Source: Leucoraja erinacea (taxonomy: Eukaryota). Taken from it: a stretch of DNA of 64,000 bases. Location: positions 34,348,001-34,412,000 of the forward strand of contig NC_073389.1 of assembly GCF_028641065.1 (NCBI RefSeq), given 5' to 3'. The notes under the pieces were generated by a model that searched no databases, was not told the DNA's origin, and saw nothing but the letters and a program-made list of their open reading frames with translations. This document shows, one piece after another, positions 62,697 to 64,000 of this stretch. Numbering within the stretch: position 1 is the stretch's first letter; every line of letters begins with the position of its first letter. The position numbers were made by a program, and so were the translations under genes.

Positions 62697-64000
62697 CATG
62701 TGACAAGTAAAATGGAAGGAGAGCCAGTGGATGTAGTGTATCTGGACTTTCAGAAAACCTTTGATAAGGTCCCACACAGGAGATTAGTGGGCAAAATTAG
62801 AGCGCATGGTATTGGGGGTAGGGCACTGACATGGATAGAGAATTGGTTGGCGGACAGGAAACAAAGAGTAGGAAGAAACAGGTCCCTATCAGAATGGCAG
62901 GGAGAGGCGAGTGGAGTGCCGCAAGGCTCGGTGTTGGGGCCACATCTATTTCCAATATATATTAATGATTTAGATGATGGGATTAAAAGTAACACTAGCA
63001 AATTTGCAGATAATAATAATGATGGATGGGATCTATATAGCGCCTTTCTAGATACTCAAGGCGCTTTACATCGCATTATTCATTCACTCCTCAGTCACAC
63101 TCGGTGGTGGTGAGCTACTTCTGTAGCCACAGTTGCCCTGGGGCAGACTGACGGAAGCGTGGCTGCTAATCTGCGCCTACGGCCCCTCCGACCACCACCA
63201 ATCACTCACACACATTCACACGCAGGCAAGGGTGGGTGAAGTGTCTTGCCCAAGGACACAACGACAGTATGCACTCCAAGCGGGATTCGAACCGGTTACC
63301 TTCCGGTCACCAGCCGAACACTTAGCCCATTGCGCCACCTGATACAAAGCTGGGTGGCAGTGTGAACTGCGAAGAGGAGGCTAGGAGGTTGCATGGTGAC
63401 TTGGACAGATTGAGTGAGTGGGCAGATGCAGTATAATGTAGATAAATGTGAGGTTATCCACTTTGGCGGCAAGAACAAGGAGGCAATTATCTCAATGGTG
63501 TCAGATTAGGAGAAAGGGAAGTGAAAAAGGTAACTGAAAGTAAACATGCAGGTACAGCAGGTAGTGAAGAAAGCTAATAGCATGTTGGCCTTCATAACAA
63601 GAGGATTTGAGTATTGGAGTAAAGAGATCCTTCTGCAGCTGTACAGGGCCCCGATGAGACCACATCTGGAATATTGTGTGCAGTTTTGGTCTCCTAATTT
63701 GCGAAAGGACATCCTTGCTATTGAGGCAGTACAGCGTAGGTTCATGAGGTTAATCCCTGGGATGGTGGAACTGTCATATGAGGAAAGATGGGCAAGCGTA
63801 TTCACTGGAATTTAATGAGAGGATATCTTATAGAAACATATAAAACTAGATGCAGGAAAAATGTTCCCAATGATGGGGGAGTGCAGAACCAGGGGCCACA
63901 GTCTAAGAATAAAGGAGAGGCCATTTAAAACTGAGATGAGAAAAAACTTTTTCATCCAGAGAGTTGCGAATTTGTGGAATTCTCTGCCACAGAAGGCAGT
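62697..64000 (+). mobile_element. CR1 LINE ORF2 3' part, running off the window
   Basis: VDVVYLDFQK.FDKVPH, SGVPQGSVLGP, RPHLEYCVQFWSP. Confidence 0.9.
63011..63339 (-). mobile_element. tRNA-headed CORE-type SINE with an L2 tail, inserted in the CR1 FADD codons
   Basis: A box tggcgcaatgg, B box ggttcgaatcc, core gtgtccttgggcaagacactt, tail aggcgctatata...(att)n. Confidence 0.8.

Overview
Eukaryotic, intron-rich vertebrate genomic DNA. The repeat content (HE1/V-SINE-type SINEs, a Deu-domain SINE, abundant CR1 3' ends, Rex1, Penelope-type inverted arms) points to a cartilaginous fish such as a skate or ray; this is an inference. Two convergent genes are present. On + are the last five coding exons of SERPINE3 (850-7368), intact, with a predicted P1-P1' Arg-Ser reactive loop. 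On - are coding exons 4-18 of INTS6 (61886 down to the stop at 8933); all splice sites are GT-AG and the reading frame is continuous. The introns are packed with nested transposable elements, and there is one 149-nt assembly gap. Most entries in the ORF track are TE remnants or chance frames. The most notable observations are: (i) about ten copies of a Penelope-type inverted-arm element carrying a minimal hammerhead-ribozyme-like core; (ii) three unannotated candidate cassette/poison exons in INTS6 introns 9-10, one of which folds into a long hairpin spanning the whole exon; (iii) a head-to-tail Helitron dimer; (iv) a three-level Tc1>LINE>L1 nest with a 15-bp TSD; (v) a perfect 38-bp fold-back at a retroelement 5' junction; (vi) a teleost-like CORE/L2 SINE. 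Exon coordinates were read base by base. TE boundaries are approximate unless a TIR or TSD is cited. Family names come from recalled motifs, not from a database search.
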